From a virus (taxonomy: Duplodnaviria > Caudoviricetes), in IMG/VR virus record IMGVR_UViG_3300006428_000045, positions 1-50,242 of that record: a DNA stretch of 50,242 nt, one strand, 5' to 3'. The translations under genes were made by a program, and so were the position numbers. Under the pieces are notes generated by a model that was not told where the DNA came from, did no database searches, and worked only from the letters and a program-made list of their open reading frames with translations. Positions 17,061 to 27,392 of the stretch are shown piece after piece (within the stretch, counting starts at the first letter, position 1; every line of letters begins with the position of its first letter).

Positions 17061-18223
17061 ACCAGATTTTAAGTGATACATCAAAGCAGGCCGCGGCGGG
17101 CGGCGGGGTCACAGCACCCCACCCCACAGAAAGCCACATTGAGAAGTTGAGCGTTTATGACCTTGTACCGTCGGAGGACAATTTTTATTCCATGAGGGAG
17201 ATTGAAGAACTGAAAACGGCGATTCAGCTTGCCGGGAAAGTGCTTCAAAATCTTGTCGTCGTTCCGCTTGACGGTGGAAAATATAAGGTCATTGCCGGAC
17301 ACCGCCGCCGCCTTGCGTCGATTGCCCTTGTCGAAGAGGGAAACCCGCAATATGAATTTGTGCCGTGCGACGTAGAACCGACCGAAGAGGAAGCGGAAGA
17401 ACAGGAAGTGCGCGACGGGTTCATGCTGATAGCGACAAACTCACAGCGGGAAAAGACCGCATGGGACCGAATCGAAGAAGTGCGGTATTTGCGGGACGTG
17501 CTGGAAAAGGCCCGAACAAAGCCGCGGTTCGTTGCTATGTTGCAAAAGATTGTTGCAACGGTATTCGGCGGCGGTGACGTTCAGTTTGACGGGACCCGCG
17601 ATTTTATCGCAAGAACGCTTCACACCAGCCCGGCACAGATCGGGCGATATGACGCGATTATTCGGAACCTTTGCCCGGAATTTATGAAAGAACTGAAAGA
17701 GGACCGCATAAACGTTTCGACAGCCTATGAACTTTCGGGACTTTCTACGGAGGACCAGCAAGCCGCATTCACAGAGTATCAGAAAAGCGGTGCAATCTCA
17801 ATCAGGGAAGCACGGGCAAAGAAGCCGGACGCAGAGCCGCAAGCGGTTACGCAGAACACCGCGCCACCCTCCCCTGCTCAACCCGAACCGATAAAACAGG
17901 CCGCGGCGGAGCCGAGAAAGCCGCCAGCGGAGAATAAGCCGAACCACCCAGCGGAAACACAGCGACCCGTGCCGTCGGAGAAACCGCCCACGGCGGAGCC
18001 GGAGCGGGAAAGCCGAAACATGAAACCGAAAGTGCCGGAAGAAACAAGGTGCGTGGACGGCGGGATTTGCCCCTATTGCAAAGAGCGATTTGACGCGGCG
18101 GAAGCTGTAAATTACAGCACATTAGGAACGCAGACCGTCGGCCCGGCCCCCTGCCCGCATTGCGGAAAGCCTATCAAAATCTTTTGTTCTGTTGAATACT
18201 TCTGTTCCGCGGCGGAAGAGTGA
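17042..18223 (+). CDS. parB: ParB-family protein with Pro-rich linker and C-terminal Zn ribbon
   Basis: LQNLVV..YKVIAGHRRRLA ParB box, ATNSQR, HTH-like region; CPYC..CPHC. Confidence 0.85.
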   Translation: MGKFNLNQILSDTSKQAAAGGGVTAPHPTESHIEKLSVYDLVPSEDNFYSMREIEELKTAIQLAGKVLQNLVVVPLDGGKYKVIAGHRRRLASIALVEEGNPQYEFVPCDVEPTEEEAEEQEVRDGFMLIATNSQREKTAWDRIEEVRYLRDVLEKARTKPRFVAMLQKIVATVFGGGDVQFDGTRDFIARTLHTSPAQIGRYDAIIRNLCPEFMKELKEDRINVSTAYELSGLSTEDQQAAFTEYQKSGAISIREARAKKPDAEPQAVTQNTAPPSPAQPEPIKQAAAEPRKPPAENKPNHPAETQRPVPSEKPPTAEPERESRNMKPKVPEETRCVDGGICPYCKERFDAAEAVNYSTLGTQTVGPAPCPHCGKPIKIFCSVEYFCSAAEE

Positions 18224-18233
18224 GGGCGGGAGG

Positions 18234-18578
18234 ATGGACGACAGAAACGACGATCTTTCCGCCTTGTATGGATTCACCGACGCGCTAGGCGAAGCCGTCC
18301 GCGCGGTTGCCGAGAAATTAGGAATGCCTTTTGAAGAAGCCGCAAGCCGCATATCAAACTTAATAGGCGGGATTCAACAGAGCATAGAAGATTTAGCGTT
18401 TGCATTAGAAGAAATCTTTCAGGAAATCGAAAAGAGTGGGATTCTAAACATTGGGCCGCGCGCCCGGTGGAAAAAACAGGAGCGGGACAGGGCGCGCATG
18501 ATCGAACAGCGGTACATGGTACAAATCAGGTATTGCGAACGATCAAGACCATATCGGCGGATTTATAAACCGCCCTGA
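18234..18578 (+). CDS. Hypothetical phage protein
   Basis: RBS; operon context. Confidence 0.55.
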   Translation: MDDRNDDLSALYGFTDALGEAVRAVAEKLGMPFEEAASRISNLIGGIQQSIEDLAFALEEIFQEIEKSGILNIGPRARWKKQERDRARMIEQRYMVQIRYCERSRPYRRIYKPP

Positions 18579-18604
18579 CGCATAGAACAGGAGGACAGCG
18601 GGCA

Positions 18605-19078
18605 ATGGAACGAGAAAAAGTAATTGAGATTCTAAGATTTTACCGGGATATTGATAAATCAATCCGGCTAAACGAGCGGGTTATAAAGAACCTTGAAGAT
18701 CAGTATTACACAACGCTGGGCGCAGTCAATACCGACGGTATGCCGCACAGCAAAGGGAGCGTATCAAGCCCGGTTGAACGTGTCGTGCTGAATATTCCGC
18801 AGTCGGTCACGGAAACCATTGATAGCATGAACCATGAAAACAGCAAGCTGGAGAAGATAAAAGCGGAAATTCTTTCGGACGTGAACCGCCTGAACTATCA
18901 TCAAAAAGCGGTTGTTTTAGGGTTTTACATAGACGGCCTACAATGGGAACAGATTTCGGAACGGGTAAATTACAGCCCTCGCCAATGTCGGAATATCCGC
19001 GACGCGGCAGTTGATCGGCTGAACAAGCACTTTTCACAAAATCGGGATATATCACGATTCCGATTCCCAGAAAAATAA
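18605..19078 (+). CDS. Late transcriptional activator (RinA/ArpU-like, sigma region 4-like HTH)
   Basis: DGMPHSKG..PVE and FYIDGLQWEQISERVNYSPRQC; last gene before the packaging module. Confidence 0.78.
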   Translation: MEREKVIEILRFYRDIDKSIRLNERVIKNLEDQYYTTLGAVNTDGMPHSKGSVSSPVERVVLNIPQSVTETIDSMNHENSKLEKIKAEILSDVNRLNYHQKAVVLGFYIDGLQWEQISERVNYSPRQCRNIRDAAVDRLNKHFSQNRDISRFRFPEK

Positions 19079-19177
19079 GATTGCCACCCATTGCCTGATT
19101 TATCTGTTAAAATTGTCATTGTAAAAAGTTATCGAAACGAAGCGGGCGGCGTATTCCTCCGCGCCGCCGATACATAG

Positions 19178-19213
19178 AAAAACGGACCATGTTTGAAACG
19201 TGGTCCGTTTTTG
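19178..19213. terminator. Terminator-like hairpin between early and late modules
   Basis: AAAAACGGACCATGTTT-g-AAACGTGGTCCGTTTTT. Confidence 0.6.
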
Positions 19214-19275
19214 CGTGCTTCCGCAGGGGGCCGCATAGCGAAAAATGAAAAACAAACGAAATGGGGTGCGGGCGC

Positions 19276-20205
19276 ATGGCACGCGAAAGAAGCCCGGAGC
19301 GCGACAAGGCCCGGCAAATATGGCTAGATTCCGGCGGGGATATGACGGCCCGGAAGATTGCCGAAGAAGTCGGCGTAAAGCCCGAACAGGTCAGAAAATG
19401 GAAAAGCCTTGATAATTGGCAAGCCGTTCTTGAAGCACAGAAGCCCCAAAAAAAGCGCGGCGGACAGCCCGGAAACAAGAACGCCGCCGGAGCAGGTGCG
19501 CCGATTGAGAACCGTAATGCGGAAACGCACGGGGCATATTCAACCGTACGGCTTGACGATTTGCCCGAAAAACAGCGGCAGTATATCGAAAGCCTTTCAC
19601 TTAACACGGAATCGAATATGCTTACAGAATTGCAACTTCTGATTGCAAAGGAAACGGATTTGAGAATCAAGATTTCAAATCTGGAAAACGGAAATCCTGA
19701 CGCTCTTTACATTGACCGTGTTGTTGAAATGAGAATTCCTAAAGGCGAAGAGCGGTTGAAATCTAACCGTGAAAAACTGGATGAACTCACACGCAAGCGA
19801 GACGATCTATGCTTTGAAATGGACGGGGAAAAGCCTGCTACACCAGCACAGCAAAAGCGTTTAGATAAACTCGACCGCGATATTGCAGAACTGCGAGACA
19901 TAGTAAGCGACAAGGAACGCGATCTTGAAGAAGAGGGTTATAAAGTCAATATGCAGACGGTCATTAAAGCCAGCGCATTTGACCGGGCTATGAAGCTGGA
20001 AGCGGAATTGAATAAGATTCACGGACGCATTATCAAGCTTCTTGATTCAATAAAGGGCTACGAACTGGAATGCCGCCGGGTGCGCCTTGAAGAGCGCAAA
20101 TATAACCTCGCAAAGCAAAGATTAGCCGGAGCATTCAACGTTGACCCAGACACAGGAGAAATCAACGACGAAAGCGACGAAACAGGCGACATTTTCGACG
20201 ACTGA
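19276..20205 (+). CDS. Terminase small subunit-like HTH protein
   Basis: RERSPERDKA..IAEEVGV..VRKWKSLDNW HTH and GGQPGNKNA..GAP..NRNAETHG typical of Firmicutes phage TerS-like proteins. Confidence 0.7.
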   Translation: MARERSPERDKARQIWLDSGGDMTARKIAEEVGVKPEQVRKWKSLDNWQAVLEAQKPQKKRGGQPGNKNAAGAGAPIENRNAETHGAYSTVRLDDLPEKQRQYIESLSLNTESNMLTELQLLIAKETDLRIKISNLENGNPDALYIDRVVEMRIPKGEERLKSNREKLDELTRKRDDLCFEMDGEKPATPAQQKRLDKLDRDIAELRDIVSDKERDLEEEGYKVNMQTVIKASAFDRAMKLEAELNKIHGRIIKLLDSIKGYELECRRVRLEERKYNLAKQRLAGAFNVDPDTGEINDESDETGDIFDD

Positions 20206-20373
20206 CGGGCCGCGCGGCATAGGTTCTTCCAGCCCACTTTGCCGCCTGCGGGTCCAGAGAGCCCCGAGGGATGCCTAGATATGAAAAATTTTTGAACGCT
20301 TCCGCGGCACGGCGGCTTTTTTATAAGGGGGGTGCTTTTTCAGGAAAAACGGAGTTAGGAGGGGTAAAAAAAC

Positions 20374-20868
20374 ATGAAACTTTACGACGTGAAAGCGGTT
20401 GCGCGATTCCTTGACGTATCGGAACGGCGCGTGCGGCAGTTGCGCGACGAAAAAGTGATTGCGGAAATTCGCCCCGGCCTGTATGACCTGATAGACACGA
20501 ACCATCGGTATATAAATTACCTCCGCAAGCGGAACCCGGAAAGCGAAGAGTTTATAGACTACAACACAGAGAGGGCAAAGCTTGTCCGGGCAAAGCGAAA
20601 AAGCGAAGAGTACGAATTGCAGTTGAAAGAAAACCAGCTTCATGCCGCGGCGGATATTGAAGAGGTCATGAAAAATATGCTGGTCAATTTCAAATCGCGC
20701 CTAATGGCGATTCCGGCGAAGCTTTCCCCGGTGCTTTGCAAAAAAACGGACAAGGCGGAAATATTCAAGCTTCTAAAAGAGCAGATCGACGAAGCATTGC
20801 TGGAACTTTCGGATTTCAAAACCGCATTCGGAGAGGGGGCGGCGGACGATGAAGAAAGCAACGGTTAA
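20374..20868 (+). CDS. Terminase small subunit (lambda Nu1-like)
   Basis: N-terminal HTH (VARFLDVSERRVRQL), coiled coil, RLMAIPAKL; overlaps TerL. Confidence 0.8.
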   Translation: MKLYDVKAVARFLDVSERRVRQLRDEKVIAEIRPGLYDLIDTNHRYINYLRKRNPESEEFIDYNTERAKLVRAKRKSEEYELQLKENQLHAAADIEEVMKNMLVNFKSRLMAIPAKLSPVLCKKTDKAEIFKLLKEQIDEALLELSDFKTAFGEGAADDEESNG

Positions 20869-22666
20869 CCTTTTTCAAAAGATATTCGCCGTTCTTGCCC
20901 CTCCGCCTGATATGACAATATCGGAGTGGGCCGACGAATACCGCCGCTTGTCCTCTGAATCATCGGCGGAACCGGGACGATGGCGCACTTCAAAAGCCCC
21001 CTATCAGCGTGAAATCATGGACGCTATTTCCGACATACGGCTTCAAAAGGTAGTTGTTATGTCGGCGGCGCAGATCGGGAAAACGGACGGCTTCATTCTC
21101 AACCCGATAGGCTATTACATGAAATATGACCCGTCGCCGATCATGGTAATGGAGCCGACAATTCAAATGTCGGAGACATTCAGCAAAGACCGCCTTTCCC
21201 CAATGTTGCGCGATACCCCGGCTTTACGCGATTTGGTGAACGACAAGAGCCGGACCAGCGGCAACACGATTCTTCAAAAGATATTCCCCGGCGGTCATGT
21301 GACGATGGTGGGTGCAAACTCGCCGTCGTCCCTTGCTTCCCGTCCTATTCGCATTCTGCTGGCGGACGAAATCGACCGATACCCGGCAACGGCAGGCAAC
21401 GAGGGCGACCCCCTGTTGCTGGCGGGGAAACGGCTTACAACCTTTTGGAACAAAAAAGAGGTATGCGTAAGCACCCCGACGATCAAGGGAATTTCAAGAA
21501 TTGAAGTCGAATACGAACACAGCACAAAAGAAGAATGGAACGTGCCTTGCCCAAATTGCGGAAAATATACCTCGCTTGAATGGGCAAACATCGTTTTTGA
21601 TAAAGAAAACCTAAACGAAATCTATTACACCTGCCCGCATTGCGCCGCAGTTGCGGGAGAAACAGAGTGGAAAGAGCAGTTCAGCAAAGGAAAATTCATT
21701 GCTGAACACCCGGAAAGAAAGGTCCGCGGATTTCACCTGAACGCCCTTGCTTCTATGTTCGTCGAGTGGCGGGAGATCGTCGAAAAATTCATAACTGCAA
21801 ACGATGAAAAAAAGAAAGGCAACATTGAACTTCTGAAAGTATGGACCAACACGGAGATGGGCCAAACGTGGGAAGAAGAGGGCGAACAGCTAGAATCCGA
21901 CGACCTGTACAAGCGCCGGGAGAAATACAATTGCGAGGTCCCGGAAGAAGTGCTGGCGCTGACGGCTGGCGTTGACGTACAGGACGACCGCTTTGAAATG
22001 GAGGTTGTAGGGTGGGGCGTTGATAAGGAAAATTGGGGAATCAAATATCAAGCTATTTTCGGCGACCTAAAACTAAAGCCCGTTTGGAACGAACTTGACG
22101 CGTTTCTTTCGCAGACATTTACCACGGCGGACGGGCGAAAACTGAAAATTATTTGTACTTGCGTCGATTCCGGCGGTCACTTTACAAATCAGGTTTACCG
22201 ATTCTGTAAGGAGCGCACGGCACGGCGCGTTTTTGCAATCAAAGGCAAGGGAGGGCCTACGGTCCCCTATTACAGCAAGCCATCTACGGCGAACAGCGCT
22301 AAAACACCGCTTTTCACGCTGGGAGTTGACACAGGAAAAGCGATTATCTACCAGCGGCTGGCGGTCCCGGAAGAGGGACCGAACTATTGCCATTTTCCGC
22401 GGGAAAAGGACCGGGGATATACGCCGGAATACTTTAAGGGCCTGACCGCTGAAAAAATGGTAATGACCTACAAAAAGGGCAAGGCGCAATATGTGTGGAT
22501 GTTAAAAGACGGAATTAAGCGGAATGAGCCGTTTGACGTTCGGAACTACGCAACCGCCGCGCTGGAGATTGCAAACCCGGTTTTGAAGAAGCCTGAAAAG
22601 GACGCACCAGCCGCGCCGCCGCATAAACGCGGCAGACGGTCACGAACGAACGGAGGGATTTTATAA
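20849..22666 (+). CDS. Terminase large subunit (lambda GpA family)
   Basis: PYQREIMD, Walker A SAAQIGKT, Walker B LLADEIDRY, STPT, AGVDVQDDR, RNEPFD. Confidence 0.95.
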   Translation: MKKATVNLFQKIFAVLAPPPDMTISEWADEYRRLSSESSAEPGRWRTSKAPYQREIMDAISDIRLQKVVVMSAAQIGKTDGFILNPIGYYMKYDPSPIMVMEPTIQMSETFSKDRLSPMLRDTPALRDLVNDKSRTSGNTILQKIFPGGHVTMVGANSPSSLASRPIRILLADEIDRYPATAGNEGDPLLLAGKRLTTFWNKKEVCVSTPTIKGISRIEVEYEHSTKEEWNVPCPNCGKYTSLEWANIVFDKENLNEIYYTCPHCAAVAGETEWKEQFSKGKFIAEHPERKVRGFHLNALASMFVEWREIVEKFITANDEKKKGNIELLKVWTNTEMGQTWEEEGEQLESDDLYKRREKYNCEVPEEVLALTAGVDVQDDRFEMEVVGWGVDKENWGIKYQAIFGDLKLKPVWNELDAFLSQTFTTADGRKLKIICTCVDSGGHFTNQVYRFCKERTARRVFAIKGKGGPTVPYYSKPSTANSAKTPLFTLGVDTGKAIIYQRLAVPEEGPNYCHFPREKDRGYTPEYFKGLTAEKMVMTYKKGKAQYVWMLKDGIKRNEPFDVRNYATAALEIANPVLKKPEKDAPAAPPHKRGRRSRTNGGIL

Positions 22667-22903
22667 ATGGCAGGCATCACGCTTGAAATCGCAAAACATC
22701 ACCTTGACGAATGGCTTACCGCTGAATTGGAGGTAACAACACACCAAAGCTATTCGATTGGTTCCCGCACTCTGACAATGGCGGACCTACCCGCGATCAA
22801 TAAGACAATTGTTTTCTGGGAGAACAAAGTTGCAAAGCTTGAAAATGTAGCAAACCGCGGCGGAAGAAACCGCGTATTACGCGTTGTCCCGCGGGACTTA
22901 TGA
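22667..22903 (+). CDS. Head-tail joining protein (gpW-like)
   Basis: QSYSIGSRTLTMADL; between TerL and portal. Confidence 0.75.
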   Translation: MAGITLEIAKHHLDEWLTAELEVTTHQSYSIGSRTLTMADLPAINKTIVFWENKVAKLENVANRGGRNRVLRVVPRDL

Positions 22904-22923
22904 GGAAAGGACGGTGAAGCGGC

Positions 22924-24471
22924 TTGAATATTTTTGACCGCATGGTTGCCGCAGTATCGCCCGAAAAGGCAGTAAAACGAGTGGGCGCACGACAGCGGTT
23001 GCGGCTACTCGACAGCGGGTACAGCAATTACGGAGCGTCGCACACAAAAAAATCACTTGCGGGGTGGCTTTACGGCGGCGGTTCTTCACGGGAAGACATA
23101 GAAGAAAACCTTTCGACATTGCGCCAGCGTTGCCGCGATCTTTACATGGGCGTTCCCCTCGCTACGGGCGCGTTGAAAACTTGCCGAACAAACGTCGTCG
23201 GGTCCGGCCTAAAGCTGAAAAGCCAGCTTGATTATGAGGTTTTGGGAATGCAGGAAGCAGAAGCCCGGAACCTTGAAAGCTTGATTGAACGAGAATTTGC
23301 ATTGTGGGCAGATTCGCCCGCGTGCGATTTGGAGCGGCTGGACAATTTTTACGAATTACAGCAGCTTGCTTTCCTGAACTGGCTTATGAGCGGCGACGTA
23401 ATCGCTACATTGCCCATAACAAAGCGGGTCAATATGCCGTATGACCTCCGAATTTGCCTGATTGAAGCGGACAGACTGAGCAACCCATACGATAAAATCG
23501 ACCCGCACATTGTCGGGGGTGTAGAAGCCAACGAAGCGGGCGAAGTTGTCGCCTACCATATCAGCACCCACCACCCCCTTTCCTATGAGTTCGCGGAAAG
23601 AAAGTGGACAAGGGTTGAAGCTTGGGGCGAAAAGACCGGGCGGCGAAACGTCATTCACATTATGAACCGGGAACGAATCGGACAGCGCCGCGGCGTTCCA
23701 TTCCTCGCCCCAGTTATCGAAGCCCTGAAACAGTTGGGGCGGTACACAGACGCGGAACTTGTCGCCGCCGTGGTTTCGGGTATGTTTACGGTATTCATCG
23801 AAAAAGATTCCGCGTCACCTGATAGCGGATTTGGAGAGATTGTGCCGGAAGAACAGCAAGTAGACGCGGCGGACGACGGAACGATTGAACTTGCGCCCGG
23901 CGCAATCGTGGATTTGAACGAGGGAGAAAAGGCGCACGACATGAACCCCGGCAGGCCGAACACGGCGTTTGACGGGTTCGTTGTTGCCATTTGCCGACAG
24001 ATCGGCGCGGCCCTTGAAATTCCCTATGAACTGCTGGTGAAGAACTTCAACGCGTCGTACAGCGCGTCGCGCGGCGCGCTTCTGGAAGCGTGGAAGATGT
24101 TCAAAATGTACCGGGCTTGGCTTTCAAGCGATTTTTGCCAGCCGATTTATGAAGAATGGTTCGCAGAAGCCGTGGCGAAAGGGAGAATTCCCGCGCCCGG
24201 CTTTTTCTCTGACCCGATCAGGCGAAAGGCATTCACCACCGCGGAATGGAACGGCCCGGCACAGGGCCTTTTGAACCCGGTTCAGGAAGTCACCGCGGCG
24301 GAAAAGAGGGTTGAAAACGGATTTTCGACCCGTGACCGTGAAGCAATGGAAATGAACGGGTCCGATTTCTACCGCAACGCGGCCCAGCTCAAACGAGAAG
24401 AAAAAGTAATGAGGGAGGTAAAAGGAAATGGCACAAGCACAGAAACAGGAACAAACCCCACCGAAAAATAA
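22924..24471 (+). CDS. Portal protein, lambda family
   Basis: LRQRCRDL, RIGQRRGVP, NASYSASRGALLE. Confidence 0.93.
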   Translation: MNIFDRMVAAVSPEKAVKRVGARQRLRLLDSGYSNYGASHTKKSLAGWLYGGGSSREDIEENLSTLRQRCRDLYMGVPLATGALKTCRTNVVGSGLKLKSQLDYEVLGMQEAEARNLESLIEREFALWADSPACDLERLDNFYELQQLAFLNWLMSGDVIATLPITKRVNMPYDLRICLIEADRLSNPYDKIDPHIVGGVEANEAGEVVAYHISTHHPLSYEFAERKWTRVEAWGEKTGRRNVIHIMNRERIGQRRGVPFLAPVIEALKQLGRYTDAELVAAVVSGMFTVFIEKDSASPDSGFGEIVPEEQQVDAADDGTIELAPGAIVDLNEGEKAHDMNPGRPNTAFDGFVVAICRQIGAALEIPYELLVKNFNASYSASRGALLEAWKMFKMYRAWLSSDFCQPIYEEWFAEAVAKGRIPAPGFFSDPIRRKAFTTAEWNGPAQGLLNPVQEVTAAEKRVENGFSTRDREAMEMNGSDFYRNAAQLKREEKVMREVKGNGTSTETGTNPTEK

Positions 24472-25582
24472 GCACTTTTGGAGTTTTCAGGCCGCGGCGG
24501 ATGAAAACGCCGCCCCGGAATTGATTCTTTACGGCGACATTGCTTCCGAATCGTGGTGGGGCGACGAAGTAACCCCGAAGCAGTTCACGGAAGAGTTAAC
24601 CGCCTTGGGGAACGTTGCGGAAATCGTCGTGCGAATCAACAGCGGCGGCGGCGACGTATTCGCCGCAAATGCTATTTACACCCGTCTAAAGGACAACCCG
24701 GCAAAGATCACCGTCAAGATTGACGGCTGGGCCGCTTCCGCGGCAACAATCGTCGCAATGGCGGGCGACGTGATCGAAATCCCCGGAAACGGCGTTTTCA
24801 TGGTTCACGACCCGAAGATGGGCGTTCTTGGCTATTTTGGAGAATCCGACTTCACGAAGCTTTCGGACGAACTGAAAGTAATCAAACAATCTATCGTAAA
24901 CGGGTACGCCCTGAAAACCGGGAAAAAGCCGGAGGAAATCGCCGCAATCATGGCGGCGGAAACATGGTACGACGGGAAACAGGCGGTTGACGCTGGCTTT
25001 TGCGACAAGCTGATGTTCGAGGAAGCCGACACGACCGTTGAAAATGCTTCAAAGATCGTTGTAAACAGCGTTTCGCTGGACCTTTCACGCTTCCCGAATA
25101 TGCCCGTATCGCTGTTGAACCGTTGCGCGACCCACACGCCCAGCGGTTTTTCAGATAAAACACCACAAAAAACAACCGAAAAAAAGGAGCGAACAGAAAT
25201 GCCTAATAACAATCAGGAAATCAAGACCGCGGCGGACCTGAAAGCGGCTTACCCCGATCTTACAAAGCAAATCGAGGAAGACGCGACCGCGGCGGAGCGC
25301 ACCCGTATTCAGGACATTGAGGGCGTTGCACTCGCGGGGTTTGAAAATATCGTAGCCGACGCGAAGTTCAAGAACCCCATTGCCGCGGGAGACGTTGCAA
25401 AAGCGATTGTCGCAGAGCAGAAGAAGCAGGGCGGTAAGTACATTCAGGACCGCGACGACGACGCAAACAAGAGCGGAGCGGGCGGCGTAGGCGCAGGCGG
25501 CGGAATTGAGGGAGCGGCAGGCAAGGGCGGACAAAACGAGGTTGACGCGGCTATTGACAAGCTGTTCCCCGCGAAGAAATAA
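24428..25582 (+). CDS. ClpP-type head maturation protease with scaffold extension
   Basis: INSGGGDV, GWAASAAT, FMVHDP, ETWY..AVDAGFCD. Confidence 0.9.
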   Translation: MAQAQKQEQTPPKNKHFWSFQAAADENAAPELILYGDIASESWWGDEVTPKQFTEELTALGNVAEIVVRINSGGGDVFAANAIYTRLKDNPAKITVKIDGWAASAATIVAMAGDVIEIPGNGVFMVHDPKMGVLGYFGESDFTKLSDELKVIKQSIVNGYALKTGKKPEEIAAIMAAETWYDGKQAVDAGFCDKLMFEEADTTVENASKIVVNSVSLDLSRFPNMPVSLLNRCATHTPSGFSDKTPQKTTEKKERTEMPNNNQEIKTAADLKAAYPDLTKQIEEDATAAERTRIQDIEGVALAGFENIVADAKFKNPIAAGDVAKAIVAEQKKQGGKYIQDRDDDANKSGAGGVGAGGGIEGAAGKGGQNEVDAAIDKLFPAKK

Positions 25583-25596
25583 GGAGGTAAAAAATC

Positions 25597-25986
25597 ATGT
25601 CTATGTACGGCATCAATACAGATCAGACAAGCCCGGTCAATTTCTTTGCGGGCGAATTTCCCGTTGTTACGGCAGTAAAGACCGTGGCGACCGGAAAAAC
25701 AATCAAGAAGCACGAACCCGTGAAGCTGACCGAAAACGGGCTGGAACCCGTTGTTGCGGTTGCGGCAAGCGAAAAGGACGCAACAAACGTCGTCCCGGCA
25801 AGAACCGCGTACGAAAACACGACCGCCGGAATTTACGGAATTTCCGCAGTTGACGCGGCGGCTGGTGAAGAAGCTGTAATCTATTTGACGGGAGAGTTTT
25901 TCACCGCCGCAATCTCTATCCAAGCAGGCGTTACCGTTGAAACGCTCACTAAAGCGTTCCGCGGTATCGGAATCTATTTGAAGTAA
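25597..25986 (+). CDS. Head decoration protein (gpD-like)
   Basis: Between protease and capsid; YLTGEF..RGIGIYL. Confidence 0.7.
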   Translation: MSMYGINTDQTSPVNFFAGEFPVVTAVKTVATGKTIKKHEPVKLTENGLEPVVAVAASEKDATNVVPARTAYENTTAGIYGISAVDAAAGEEAVIYLTGEFFTAAISIQAGVTVETLTKAFRGIGIYLK

Positions 25987-26004
25987 CAGAGGGAGGAAAA
26001 CAAA

Positions 26005-27057
26005 ATGGCTATTCAGACCGATATTTACACCCCGCGCGCTATGGGGACAATCGTTCGCCGTATGCCCCCGGTGCATACCTTTTTCCGCGATACGTTTTTC
26101 AAAAACGTGCGCACATTCAACACGAAGAGCGTTGACGTTGATTTCAAGAAAGGAAACCGCGCGCTTGCCCCGTTCGTTCACCCGAAAGTCGGCGGCAAAA
26201 CCATTATGAACAGCGGTTATCAGACGAAGAATTACACCCCTGTTTTGCTGGCCCCGAACAAGATCACCACCGTTGACGATCTGCTGGAGCGGGCCGCGGG
26301 CGAAAATCCTTACAGCGGGAAAACCCCGGCGGAGCGGGCCGTTGAAAAGCTGGCGGAGGATTTCGCCGAACTTACCGAAATGACCGTGCGCCGCGAAGAG
26401 TGGATGGCGGCAACGGCGATCTTTACCGGGCAGATTCCCATTATCGGCGAGGGCCTGAACGAAGTAATCGACTTTGGTTTCACCAACACGGAAACCATTG
26501 TTACCGCCGGGCTGAAATGGAACGGCGCGGACGCTGACCCGCTGGCAGACCTTGAACGGTGGCGCGAAACCGTGCAGAAAGAGGGCTTTGTAAACTGCAA
26601 CGTGTGCATTATGGCGAAAGACGTTGCAAACGCGTTCGTCAACAACGCAAAGGTCAAGGCCGTGCTGGATATCAGGGGCTATGACCTTGCCGTTATCAAG
26701 CCCCGCGAACTCACGAACGGCGTTACCTACATCGGCACGGTTCAGAAGCTGGGGCTGGATATTTACCAGTACAACGAATGGTATCTTGACGACTGGACAA
26801 ACCCGAACGTGCCGGAGCAGAAACCCATTGTTCCCGCCAGCACGCTGGCCCTGCTTTCCACGGAAGCGGACTATTCCATTTACTACGGAGCCGTTACCAT
26901 CCTGAATGAGAACGGCGCGTTTACCACCGTCGAGGGCGACAGAGTGCCGCAGACGTGGGTGGAGCACCGCCCGGACCGCCGTTTCTTGCAGATCAACAGC
27001 AAGCCGCTGACCGTGCCGCACGAGGTCAATAGCTGGTTTGTTGCAAAGGTTCTGTAA
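26005..27057 (+). CDS. Major capsid protein (lambda gpE family)
   Basis: FFRDTFF, LAPFVHP, RREEWMAA; size and position. Confidence 0.92.
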   Translation: MAIQTDIYTPRAMGTIVRRMPPVHTFFRDTFFKNVRTFNTKSVDVDFKKGNRALAPFVHPKVGGKTIMNSGYQTKNYTPVLLAPNKITTVDDLLERAAGENPYSGKTPAERAVEKLAEDFAELTEMTVRREEWMAATAIFTGQIPIIGEGLNEVIDFGFTNTETIVTAGLKWNGADADPLADLERWRETVQKEGFVNCNVCIMAKDVANAFVNNAKVKAVLDIRGYDLAVIKPRELTNGVTYIGTVQKLGLDIYQYNEWYLDDWTNPNVPEQKPIVPASTLALLSTEADYSIYYGAVTILNENGAFTTVEGDRVPQTWVEHRPDRRFLQINSKPLTVPHEVNSWFVAKVL

Positions 27058-27392
27058 TGAACTTCAAAGCGCAGATTGAGCGGGATTTAACGGCGGTATT
27101 CCATAATAGCGCCGAATTCGCGGACGTTCTGGAATTTTGGATAGCCGGGACCAGATACAAAGGCCCCGTTATCCTTGACGACGGCGGCGCGCAAGACAGA
27201 AAAAAGCCGTCTACGGACCACGTAGACGGCTTAGTTCTTGTCGATTTGGTGATGTATGTTCCCCTCTCACTGCTGAAAAAGGCCCCGGAAAAAGGCCAAA
27301 ACGTAGAGATTGGCGACGACGTTTACACGATCACAAAGGTTCACCCGGAAGCCGGGGAAATCGTGCTTTATTTGGAGATGTTAACCGAATGA
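27057..27392 (+). CDS. Head closure/connector protein
   Basis: Follows capsid; FHNSAEFAD pattern. Confidence 0.6.
   Translation: MNFKAQIERDLTAVFHNSAEFADVLEFWIAGTRYKGPVILDDGGAQDRKKPSTDHVDGLVLVDLVMYVPLSLLKKAPEKGQNVEIGDDVYTITKVHPEAGEIVLYLEMLTE

Noticed and set aside
25444-27021. 525-aa minus-strand ORF
   Set aside because: Antisense to decoration and capsid genes; typical codon-bias shadow
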